Source: Cirrosporium novae-zelandiae (taxonomy: Eukaryota). From it: 64,000 nucleotides of DNA. A model generated the notes under the pieces. That model ran no database searches. It saw only the letters and a program-made list of their open reading frames with translations, and was not told the DNA's origin. The position numbers and the translations under genes were made by a program. Within the stretch, counting starts at the first letter, position 1, and the number at the start of each line of letters is the position of its first letter. Below are positions 24,817-36,018 of this stretch, one piece after another. The stretch covers positions 62,001-126,000 of the forward strand of contig JAPETS010000009.1 in assembly GCA_026023565.1 (NCBI GenBank). Direction: 5' to 3'.

Positions 24817-26931
24817 TCATCTATATTCAGGGTCTGGCATTAACGAAGATGCGAAAGTGTCATTGACAGGATCCCACATTGATAGGGGTAAGTTGTTCGA
24901 AAAAAGCGATTCCAGGTTCATGGGAGGCCGTGGATCTCCATTTGGTGAAAGGCCGAGATTGAAATATTGTTGCTGAACGGAAGGCAATATTCCAGACTCA
25001 GATCGACCTGGGGTTTCCGAAGCGAATGTCGAGGTCTCGATGTGCTCCATAACCGCTGAAGCCATAGAGTCAAAGACATCTCTACAAGACTTTCCTCCAG
25101 GGTATTTTTCAGCCATTCCCCATAGAACTACGGAGCAAGTATTTATAGAAGATTTCAATTCTTTCATTTCCAGACAAGTTCTCACTTTAACATTTGAATA
25201 AATGCAAAAGATAAGAGTCACGCCACTCCGGAAAAGATTATGGGTGGTTCGCCAGTAGAAACGTAGTTTACCTCCGAGAAAATTGCGACGATAGGATTCA
25301 ATAGATTGACAGGCACTCTTCGCCAGGATCAGGAAATCGTCATCGGATAAGCATGGGAGGAATCGCGAGGGGGAATAAAGCTGAACCATACAGTTTTGAA
25401 ATGCCAAGTCCAACGAGTCTGAAGGTGCTAATACTGTCGGGGGGATATCAGTAGGTCTCGAGTCGTACCATTGATGAAGACGAATGTCCATGTTGCTACG
25501 CCATGCCGCATAATCAATCGACTGATAGGCTGATGGCTTGCGCTGATGCAGGATTTGGTATATTTCGGATTCCAATTGCCGATAACGCATGTTGTGTACT
25601 GCCGATGACTTCCTGGATGTGCCTTCTTGAGGCAAGATGCCTTCCGGGGTGATGTTTCTATCGTCAATGTCTAGTGGGAAATGAGCAGTTATTGCTTCAT
25701 CTGGAATCCCAAACGGTCGGCCAAGCACCGAACAGATGTTTCTATCTAGTGAATAAGTAGCCCAGAAGAGACGTCGCCGTTTGTCTAATATAAAAGGACT
25801 TATTTCATCACTATTTGGTGGATCTTCGTGAATTCCCAGGTCAATAGCAAGTCGAACAGCAAGTCCCACAACATGCCAAACTCCACGGGCGTTTGGATGT
25901 AGATTCTTGTACTGCGTTAACAACAGTAAGACCTCAAGATGATCCAAATCTCCTGTGAAAAGACAACTGGGGTCATCCATCATAATTCGGCAAGCCGTAG
26001 CAAAAAACCTCTCGGCATTGTCGGCTGGAACGGAGGAGTCTGACTTTCCAAGGAGCAGAATAGCAATGCTAAAGACCATAAAACATGTAAAATATTCCCT
26101 TCCAAGTTTCGAGAGGGGACCACTACGCTCAGAGTCTGCGTATACTATGTTGATTTTCTCCATGAATTCCAACCGATGAAGAATAGGTGAAAAGAAATCA
26201 GAATGCTCAAAATATATCGAAATAAGTTCCTCGGCTGATTTATAGGTTGGTAATCGTTGTAACGGCGTCTCCTGTGATAGGCTGTCAAGGAGAGACTGGT
26301 GTTCACCACCGTTCGAGGAAATTTCAACGGTAGTGGAAGGCTGGATTTCAGCCAGAAGCAGACGCAACAGGGGCAGCCCACTTCCTGTCCCAATATACCT
26401 TGGAAAAGATCCTGCGTAGAGCGAAACAAAAGAGGCCTGGTTAAGTATTTGTTCGGCACGTCCATCTGACAGGAACGGCGCTGCCGAGACAGACTCGCGA
26501 CTCATAGGGGAAGGATTATTCGAAGCCCACGGTGGAACAGTTTCATTCCCTTGTGGATCATCATAATCTGATATTCCATGTTGTCTCAATTGAATCTCAA
26601 GGAAAGCGATACGATCTTCGAGGCTTTGTAAGTAGCTTTGGATGTTGTTAATAGCAGCATCTCACGGGATTATGAGCAAGAATTCGGAGCATGATTACCT
26701 CCTAGGGACCGTTCGTCCAGTAGCCACATCGTATCCAACGCACTCGACCCCGGCTCGCTCGCAATTAGAGCAAGCCCTTGAATGAGGTATTTAGGATGGA
26801 TCTAAATGAAAACTAAGGACGGAGACATACGGTAATTTCTGATCGCATCTCTGTTTTCGGGCCTTACACCTCTGGCAAGCTGTAGCGTTCGATCGTCGGA
26901 CCTCAAGCCTTGGACGATGCCGACTCGCCAT
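24817..26931 (-). CDS. Zn(II)2Cys6 transcription factor with fungal-specific TF domain
   Basis: Spliced N-terminus ACQRCKARKQRCDQKLP/ACSNCERAGVEC then YLQSLEDRIAFLE. Middle region WHVVGLAVRLAIDLGIH and RRRLFWATYSLDR...LGRP. Confidence 0.92.
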
Positions 26932-27386
26932 TTTCAGCAATTACTCATGTTGCTATAATCAATTCAATTGGTGAGAGTGGAGAGCAAAATGAGATTATTC
27001 CGAACCTGATTCATCAAGTGTTAAAATGTTAACATATGAAATCCTGTACCTGCTGTCCATGTTGCGATAAGATTTACTTTAGCACAATTGACGCCAAGCC
27101 TTCTGGCCTTCGCCGGCATCGCACAACAGGTTCGGTACAGTACACCCGCAAGAAGCACAATAGAACACAAACATCCTCTCGACCATTAATCCAAGATAGC
27201 TAACTGCCTACCTATTTAAACACCTTTCTATTCAAATTTAATTTACGAGTATTGTCGCCAAGGCCTAGTTGCCTAGGGTGCTAGTTTCTAACCAAATTGT
27301 AGATCAAAACGTTGTTGGTAGGTTAGTAGCCCATTTCTCAACCGTCCATGGACTCCGTTAATGTCCAACGACATATATCCAGGACC

Positions 27387-28710
27387 TCAGCTACTAGTAC
27401 TGGCCCTGTCCGAGGTTACCACGACGTCTGTTGTCCGCTTAATCCCATTGGCTCTGTATTCGGGGCCCAGGATACTCTCATCGCTTTGGTTGTCAGTCCG
27501 AAAGCCATCCTGACCCGTCGTACTATGCTCAATCACCGTTTGGTTGCGACTTTTATGCGAAGAATGGGCGAAACCACCATTGCGGGGGACGGAGCCTAGT
27601 GGGTAGCTGTTGCTATACTTGTTTCTTTTCGAGTAAGGTCCCGAGCTAACCTCCAGACCATCTTCGGTACTACGCATCCTTAGGATATATCGTTGCCAGA
27701 AGGGACGGAGTGCGGTAAGGCAGACGCAGACAACGGAAACCATAAGTTCGGAGGAGCTCCAGAGGATGAGGCTGACGGTCCCATCTATAAATATCATTAG
27801 TCCAGGAGATTTGTTTCAAAGAACTGGTAAACCCACAAGTATAATCGTCTCTAGCATTCAGTCCCTCCAACTCGATTGTTCGGATAATTCCACAAACTCC
27901 TGCGCTATTCAATGCAATCAGTAAGGTGCCTATTATCAGCCTTTGAAAACAGAATACTCACATTGCCCCCAGACTCAGACTAAAACCAATTGTCAGCTTT
28001 TCCTTCCTTTTCATGTTCAACTTCCAAAGAATGTGCCAGGGGAAGGCGGCCAGAAAGAAATCTATGCAGACAGCGTAGGCTATTAAGATGTATCAATTAA
28101 ATGAGCAACCGAAGAGGAGTATTACGAGGGAACTCACCACCGAAGCCAATAGATATATTTGTAATGCTCATCCAGCAGGTGTGAGGTATGGTTGGATTCC
28201 AGACCGCCGCAACCGGAGAGCATTGGATGAAATCAAACAGCGCAACTAGAAAAGAAAGAATCCCCAAGGTTACGATAATAAACCAAAGAGTAATCGTTTG
28301 CCATTTGCGAACAACGATTCGCAGTAAGAATGCACAGAGAGCAGATTTGCTAGTCCATATGCCGAGGATGCAGAAGGTTTGTCCGATGATCTCGAACTTG
28401 TTCGACCTTGCTTGTTGACTAATAGTGAGATCGTATGCATGTCTCCCCATGCCATGCGTTGCTGCAGTCACACAAAGTGCCGAATAGAGTGCAAGGTTTA
28501 TCTTGGAGTTTTCAGTGTTCTGAAGTCAACATCTCAAGCAAGGTAAGAACTCACCCAACTGATTATAAGAATATGGTCATCCCAGCCTAAACCATTAACA
28601 AATTTGACTCTTGTGTATAAACGGAGACCAAGAAAAAAGAGTGTCACGGCCGTTTCTACCGTCATCACGGCGATAACGGTAGGGCCTAAGCCTCCAATAG
28701 GAGAACTCAT
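27387..28710 (-). CDS. PTH11-like (CFEM-less) rhodopsin-domain integral membrane protein
   Basis: LRLYTR...GLGWDD, HGMGRH, SKSALCAFLLRI, QCSPVAAVWNP, LWSSSELMVSVVCVCLTALRP. Four introns. Confidence 0.88.
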
Positions 28711-30908
28711 ATTGCAAAATATCCTGAAAATATCGGCTACCGACCTATTAACAATATCAAGCAGAAAAGAAACCAGAGTGGAGATTGTGGTAGAAGGCAG
28801 ACACTGCCTGTAGTCAGAATATAGACCACAAAGCCAGCAACGTTAGAGAATAGGAACTCTAGCAAAGCGAATCAAACCATAAGTCATATATAAATTCATA
28901 CTCCCAAACGAAAAGCATTGAAAATATCAAAATGAGGGCAATAGACATAGGAGCATAAACTACCCTTGCCCAGATCTCCATGATAACTTCCCTAGGGAAA
29001 TGCTGCCCCGGTAAAGCTGTTTCTCGAATTTTCAAAAACACTTCAACTGTCAAACGCCCGAACTTTGACATGATCGAACGGATTCAATCACAGTGATTTT
29101 TAGCTGACCAACTTACTTTTCTGTAGTTAGTTTAAGATAAGCCAAAGCTAGACAAGCCACGAAGATACGGTACGTATTCAATATGTACGTTCTTGGCTTC
29201 TGGTTAGATACGTTAGAGACATTAGCTTATGATTGGGTGTCCACAGCGTTACGAAATCTTTGAGCAACAACCCCAGTAGCATCTAGGCCAAAGCAAAATG
29301 GTTGTCAATGGCAGATCTGCTTCAAATTTTCTCTTTTCATCCAATTCAATAAATGGCCAAACATGGTAGGATTGTTGAATTCGTAAAATGTTGAAATTAC
29401 CGTTCTGAAGGAACGACAGGATTGATGATACTGGAATGGTTTCGTAGACGCCTAAAGATAAGCGCCGATCAGTCATGTTCCCCTAACGGGACACCGGACC
29501 GGACCATGGTCCCCGTCCTTGGCTAAAGTTTAGAAAGACATCCATTTTCACCTTTCCATATTTAGTAAATAGTATCGCACGAACTTCTTGGTATTAAACT
29601 CTAAAGATGCTTGTCCAGATAGTTTCATTCTTTGGATTATCAGCTCTGTCCAGAAGACTCTTAGTAGCCCAGCATCACAGTTTGCATCAAGTAGTAGATA
29701 TAGAAATCGATGAACTACTCCCTTCAGTGGCTGCTATACAACCCGATTTTGTTGTTAGGGAATGTCACTGGAGAGAAATTGTTTGCGGGATATTCATATA
29801 ATACCCTGGTAAGAGAGCTAACGTGGGATGCTTCCTAGGGTAGAATTTCTGCTGTTGTACTGTAAAGGTCGAACACCGGTATTCAGCGGAAGCCTTCTTT
29901 GTTATTGTCCTAATGTGGTTTTCCCCACATCTAAAGGCATGAACATTGTAAACTTTAATTTAAAAGGCCCCTATCCTTCGAAGCGAACGGCTATCCTATG
30001 ATTTTTGCTGGTAGGGTGGTTGGACTGGGGTTCTGGCAAGCCCAATCATCATTTCGGGATTAATGTTGTTCAGCAGAAAAAAACTCAATTTCTGACGCTG
30101 CCGAACATGAACGGACTAGCCTACCAGAATCCCGGTTTAGAACATTTGGAACCCCTAATGATATGAATAGCCACTTCAAAATCACAATACCGCTAAGCTG
30201 CGTCACTTCGCCTTTGGTTAGAGCTGTTTGACTTCATGCCGTAGTGATAATATATTTGTTGATGGGTTACTCGCTGTGGGGTTCGTCACAAGGAATCATG
30301 TTAATAACGGTTAGATGGTCCTTTGTAATGCAAACAAGGATTTATACTAGGGAACTGCAGGGCATAAAACCACTGGATATTTGGTTGAGGAAAAGGATCG
30401 AATCGCAAAGCAGCAACTTATCGTTAAAGACGTCGTGAATCCTGCAGATCTCACCTAGGCGAGAGTAGCTCTGTTGAAATGTCCCAAAAAAAGCATTTCA
30501 CTAGTATATTCAATTGCATGTTAAGTTCCATTCCTAAGACACAGCCAAGAGTCAATACTCCATGTAGTTTTTTAGAGCCTTTGCTGCGCTATCAGAGTCT
30601 ATTCAACGATATGCTGGACTCAAGACATTAGTTAGTTTAGTTCCGTATGATCCAGCACACCAAGCGTAGGTTGAATATGTACTTGCTGAAGAGCGGTGGA
30701 AAAGTGCTATTCGATTTTCATGATAGTGGGCCAAAAGACGATGCCATGCACTACTGTCAAATGTTCAGGAGTCAGGGCACTCAGGAGACCAAATGCCTTT
30801 AACTTAACAGTGGTCCTAGTCCATCCGAACCTGATAACATCAATATAAACCCCTCCAGTGCTCCGACTTGAATCTGATGCTGGTAGCTCCATAGAGTGTG
30901 GCAGAAAC

Positions 30909-32745
30909 ATGGCGACCCCAAATATGACAATGTCAGGTCTTCCCACACCTGGTGTGGGGATGTTGAGGAATAATGATGTCTTCATCCAAACCGTACTATA
31001 TTCACCAATTCTTTTCCTTTCCTATCTGCTTTGGACTTATCTTCGGTCACCCCTGAAGTCTATTCCTGGGCCTTTCCTCGCAAGTATGTCTCAACACTTC
31101 CATTGTGCAATTGTTTGATGCTAACAACGAGCCAGAATGGACAAATTTCTGGAGGTTGATAGACGTATGGCGCGGCCGTGCTGATATCACGACTAGACGA
31201 CTTCATGAAAAATATGGCTCTGCTGTTCGGATAGGGCCAAACTGTGTTAGCTTGAGCGATCCAAGCTTGATAAAGACAATATATTCGACCAAGGGCGATT
31301 GGCTAAAGGTTAGGATGAGCTCAGAGGTTCCAAATCATGACTAAAGCTAATTATGAGATACCAGACTGAGTTTTATCACGTAAACGCAGTCCTCCAAGGT
31401 GGACAGCTCGTCCATACAATGTTCAGCGTTTCGGATCCCAAGTTTCATCGCCTGATGCGACGACCAGTAGCTCACCTATATTCAATGACCGAAATCCTCA
31501 ATCTCGAGCCCCTTGTCGACAAAACCATCAGTAAATTCATGCGGGTACTGGAAGAGAGGTTTATGAACGGCCCAAATGCAGAAAAGACTTGTGATATTGA
31601 TAATTATCTGTTGTATTGTGAGTTATTTACTCCCGACCTGGTTCTTAGTTTCTAATGACAACTAGATGCTTGGGATGTCCTTGGGGATGTTACTTTCAGT
31701 CAGCCTATGGGTTTCTTAGAGAAAGGTGGTGATATCGACAACCTTCTTCGAACAGCGGACAAAGCACTTGACTATTTCGCAGTCGTCGGGCAAATCCCCA
31801 AGCTCGATTGGCTGTTCGACAAAAATCCGATTGTTCGTATTGGCCCGCCAAGTTTCAGTTCGGCTGCTGTCTTCTGTGTCCAGAAGGTCGTGGATCGTGT
31901 AGCTGGCAAGGACTCCGATACGCATGATCCCTCTCAGCCAGATTTCATGGACATATTCCTCGATCTTAGGAAAACGAAACCGGACATTGTGGACGATAAC
32001 CAAGTCATATCATACCTATTGATCAATGTAAGAGACTTATCGCACATTGTATTATAACATACTGACAAACACAGCAAATCGCTGGCTCGGACACCACGGC
32101 TATTACACTTCGTGCTGTCATTTACTTTATCCTCAAAAACCCGCAAGTGAAAGACAAGCTTCTACAGGAGCTTGACCAAGCAGCACTCGAGTTGCCCGCA
32201 AAATACAGGGCCGCCTCACAGTTGCCTTACCTAAGTGCTTGCATACATGAAGCCACGCGAATGCACCCAGGGGTCGGTTTGATCCTCGAACGTTATGTTC
32301 CCGCAGGCGGTCTGTCTCTTCCGGATGGCCGGTTCATCCAACCAGGTACCATTGTTGGTATCAACCCATGGGTTGTCGCAAAGGACAAGAATATATATGG
32401 CGAAGACCCTGACTCGTACGTTCCGGAGCGATGGCTTAAGGCTGATGGTGAAAGCGACAAAGAGTTTGAGCAACGATTAAGGAAAATGCAGAACGCCGAC
32501 CTAACGTTCGGCCAAGGTAGTCGTATCTGTGTCGGGAAGAATTTAGCTCTGATGGAAGTTTGGAAAGTTGTTTCGACTTTGTTTTCTGTGTATGATGTAA
32601 GTCAATGTCGAGATCAACTCCAATCAGCGACCCTTACTTACCTCTTGTGTAGATCAACCTTAAGGATCCGAAGAAGGAATGGCATATCCAGAACAGTTGG
32701 TTTGTGAGACAAGAGGGTATCGATGTCACCATACGACGCAGATAA
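30909..32745 (+). CDS. Cytochrome P450 monooxygenase
   Basis: PLKSIPGP, YGSAVRIGPN, AGSDTT (I-helix), EATR (ExxR), PERW and FGQGSRICVG (haem Cys). Five introns; last exon ends ...DVTIRRR* at 32745. Confidence 0.95.
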
Positions 32746-33367
32746 ATATCTATTTAGGGATCAGTGGAAGCTCGCCGTCTAGATTTCATTCAGAGTCCGA
32801 CATTGTGGTTATCAGCCAGGGCAAAGACAGCCGGCATAGATCACGTTGTCACAACAGCTCTACTCGAGTAGACTCGAGTAGAATATATATACGTAGGGCC
32901 ATCCATTCATAGCTTGGAAGGACAAATAGTAGTTAAGCTAGTAATTAATTATCAGGTTCAATCTATATAATTATCCGTCGAGATGTGATTCAAATCCGTA
33001 ACTTGGAGGTAGCGACAGGCAATTGATTGAAGCTTAAGCTTTCTCAAGTTTAGTATCTTGAGCCGAGGCGAAAGTGTTGGTTGTCGCCTTAGGCATCGAG
33101 CCATTATCTAATGCTGTTAATACTTACTTTCACATACTTTCAAAGTAGATGATAGATCAAGATCCAAGGTGGCAAAGTCCTCGACGAAAAAATTCATCTA
33201 TCCGTCATCAGCTCCAATCATCCCACAATTATCTTCTTTGTTCAACCCTTCTAGTAGATGCTCGATTCTCTCGAAATCAATATAAGATATTTGCTTTTCT
33301 GTTATTATTACCTCCAACATTCTTACATATCGAAATTATTCTATCTTCAAGCAGTGTATCATAAGAA

Positions 33368-34493
33368 ATGGTGAGCTCGGAGTCTAACGAGGTACTTGGT
33401 GCCATGAAGTACATTATGAAATCAGCGAAATATTCAGACCTTACCATCAGTTGTGGGGGGAAGGAGTTTCCCGTTCATCGTGCCATCGTCTGTCCACGGT
33501 CGCCCTTTTTTGCTGCAGCCTGTGATGGGGAATTTCTGGTAGGTGCTACAGGATCTCGGCCATATTTGGCTTATAGCTAACAGGTCGTAGGAAGCAAAGT
33601 TGCAGAGAATATCACTCCCAGAGGATGACCCTGAGATAGTCGAGTGTGTGATATCTTATCTCTACACCCTTGACTATTGTGATGAAGAGGAAGACACTAC
33701 AGGAAATATCATAGTCAACACCAGAGGAGGTCATAACATCTCCCCTGTAGATGATCAAGCCGCGGCGCCTGTGGACGCAACAATTGGCAACGATAGCGAT
33801 ACCGACGATACTATACCAACAAAATCCCACGAACATGAGAACCCATTTGGCCATGAAAAAAAGATAGACCCTTATTTTCGAGATGTGCGCGTGTACGCAC
33901 TTGCAGAAAAGTATGATATACCAGACTTGAAAGACGTCGCAAAAAGCAAATTCCTCAGATGGGCCGAAAACAATTGGTCTCATGAAGCTTTTCCCACCGT
34001 TGTGAGAGAAATTTATGAGTCAACTCCAGCCAGCGATTGTGGCCTTCGAGAAGTTGCCGTGCAGCTGATTTTCGACCATGTGGAAGAAGTTATAGAGCGA
34101 AAGGGGTTTCGTGAGTTATTTGAAGATGTCGGGGAGCTAGGCCTAGCTATCATCGTTCAACTTTCTAGGTTCAAAGTCAAACAACTGAGCGCTGAGCAGA
34201 AAATGAAGGAGGCTTTAGGAGCACTAGAGTCCGAAGTAGCCTCGATGAATGCAGCTTTAAAATCTGCAACAAGGACGCTGAATTCCGAAAGAACAACAAA
34301 TGATGCAGATTTAAGGAAGGCGAAGAGCGAACTAAATTCCAGGGAGGATACATTTGCAGCTCTAGTAAAGTATCTCAAAGAAATTAACAACTGTTTCATA
34401 TGTGGGCGGGGCGAATCCGTGAAGGCGGGGAAAAGATTTTGCACATGTTGCAGTGCACGCTGGAAATCTAGCATACAGCTGAGTAACATATAG
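33368..34493 (+). CDS. BTB/POZ-domain protein with C-terminal coiled coil and Cys cluster
   Basis: YSDLTISCGGKEFPVHRAIVCPRSPFFAAAC, ISLPEDDPEIVECVISYLYTLDY, VYALAEKYDIPDLK. Intron at ~33539-33590. Confidence 0.9.
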
Positions 34494-34539
34494 ACCAGAG
34501 TTCATTGCCAGCTTCGACAAACGCTCGATATCTCAGAGA

Positions 34540-36010
34540 CCCCCATCTCCCTTCCACAACAACAGCAACAGCAGCAACAGCAGCAACAGCATATCCCCCC
34601 CCAAAAAAAAATCTACACAAGCTCCAGATCCTTACCAACCAACCAACCAACAAAGCGACACCTATAGCATATATCTATATCTATATAGCCAAAACACATA
34701 TCATCACAAAAGCTAGATACCTCGGTACTCATAGAACATAGCCGCGAGGAGGAGTAAGGAGTTGGTAGACCTTGACCTTCCTCCTTGTCATATGGAACAT
34801 GGATTGATCATGCCCCTCCCCCAATAAAGTCACTAAACCCACGATTCTCTCTCTTTCTCTCTTTCCTTCTCCCGATACATGCTTACAAACCAAACACACA
34901 TAAACACACACAAACATACCCCACGCCAATCCATCCCCTTCCTAAAAAATCCTTTCATTATTCCTTATTCGTTATTTGTATTCGTTATTTGTATTTGTTT
35001 ATGGTAGTTTTAAAGATTGGGATTTAGTAGATAGAGTAGGTAGTGATGGTGGTGATGAGTTTAAGGGGTTTAAGGGGTTTGGGAATGTAAGTTGTTAATT
35101 AAGCAAAGGCGAATCAATATATGTATATATATATGTGTGTGTATGTGTATAAGTTGGGGGGGGGCTGGCTGGTTGGGTAAAATAGAGATATCTAAATAGA
35201 TAGGAGTCATCATGCCATCATCACCATCCATCATACGAATAATTAATCCATAAGATATCCAACCAAACACAAATTCTTATTCAATTTAGCAATATATAAA
35301 AAGTTCTTAAAATATAAAAAATATTTTATTTGTTTATTTGTTTATTTCTTCCCCCCTTCTAAAAAAAAAAAAAAAAAAAAAGAGAGAAAGAGAAAGAAAA
35401 TTTTTTATATATCTACGGCCCCTAACTAACTAAGATAGGATAAGGATATAGTATTAATAACTATGTAATTTTTATGAGTGTGTTGGGTTAGTTACCTAGA
35501 TACATAGGTAGGTAGGTAAGTTGGGGGGATGGAATAAGGAGTATTAATTATGTATTTATTAGAGGAGGGGGGGGGGGGTTTAGGGGTTGTTAGGTGTGAG
35601 GAGGAGGGTGGTAGGTTGGTTAGTTTGATCCAGAAGGGAGGGGGGGGGGTGTATAGATTATTTAGGATACAGTAAGAGGAGAGGAGAGGAGAGGAGAGGA
35701 GAGGGCTTAGATTTAATATGAGGGTTTAACTTTGGTGAGGGTGAGGGTGAGGGGCGATGATTCCTTTTTTTTGGGGGGGGGGGGATTGAAGTGGATAGAT
35801 GGGTTTATTGTTATTGTTATGGTGGGGGTATAGTATATAGCATGTGGTATTGTTGTTTCATTCGTACCTCGTATCTCGTACCCATTCATTCATATCGATT
35901 AACTAAATCGGCTTCTATATCTCTAACCATACCTCAGCACAATATAATATAATAGGATAGTATAGTATAGTATAGGCTACATAAACTATAATCCCCCACT
36001 CACCAACCCA
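34540..36010. repeat. Microsatellite / low-complexity intergenic region
   Basis: (CAG/CAA)n, (AACC)n, poly-A, poly-G, (GAGAG)n and (ATAGT)n tracts. Confidence 0.8.
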
Positions 36011-36018
36011 TCCACACC

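Noticed and set aside
32859..32882. Palindrome TCTACTCGAGTAGA with partial duplication downstream of the P450
   Set aside because: Short, and explicable by local slippage; there is no supporting context.
27387..34493. Secondary-metabolite biosynthetic cluster
   Set aside because: Only one P450 and no backbone enzyme in the window.
35059..35595. TTTAAGGGG / TTTAGGGG motifs as interstitial telomere
   Set aside because: Only 1-2 imperfect copies amid general G-rich low-complexity sequence, not a (TTAGGG)n tract.
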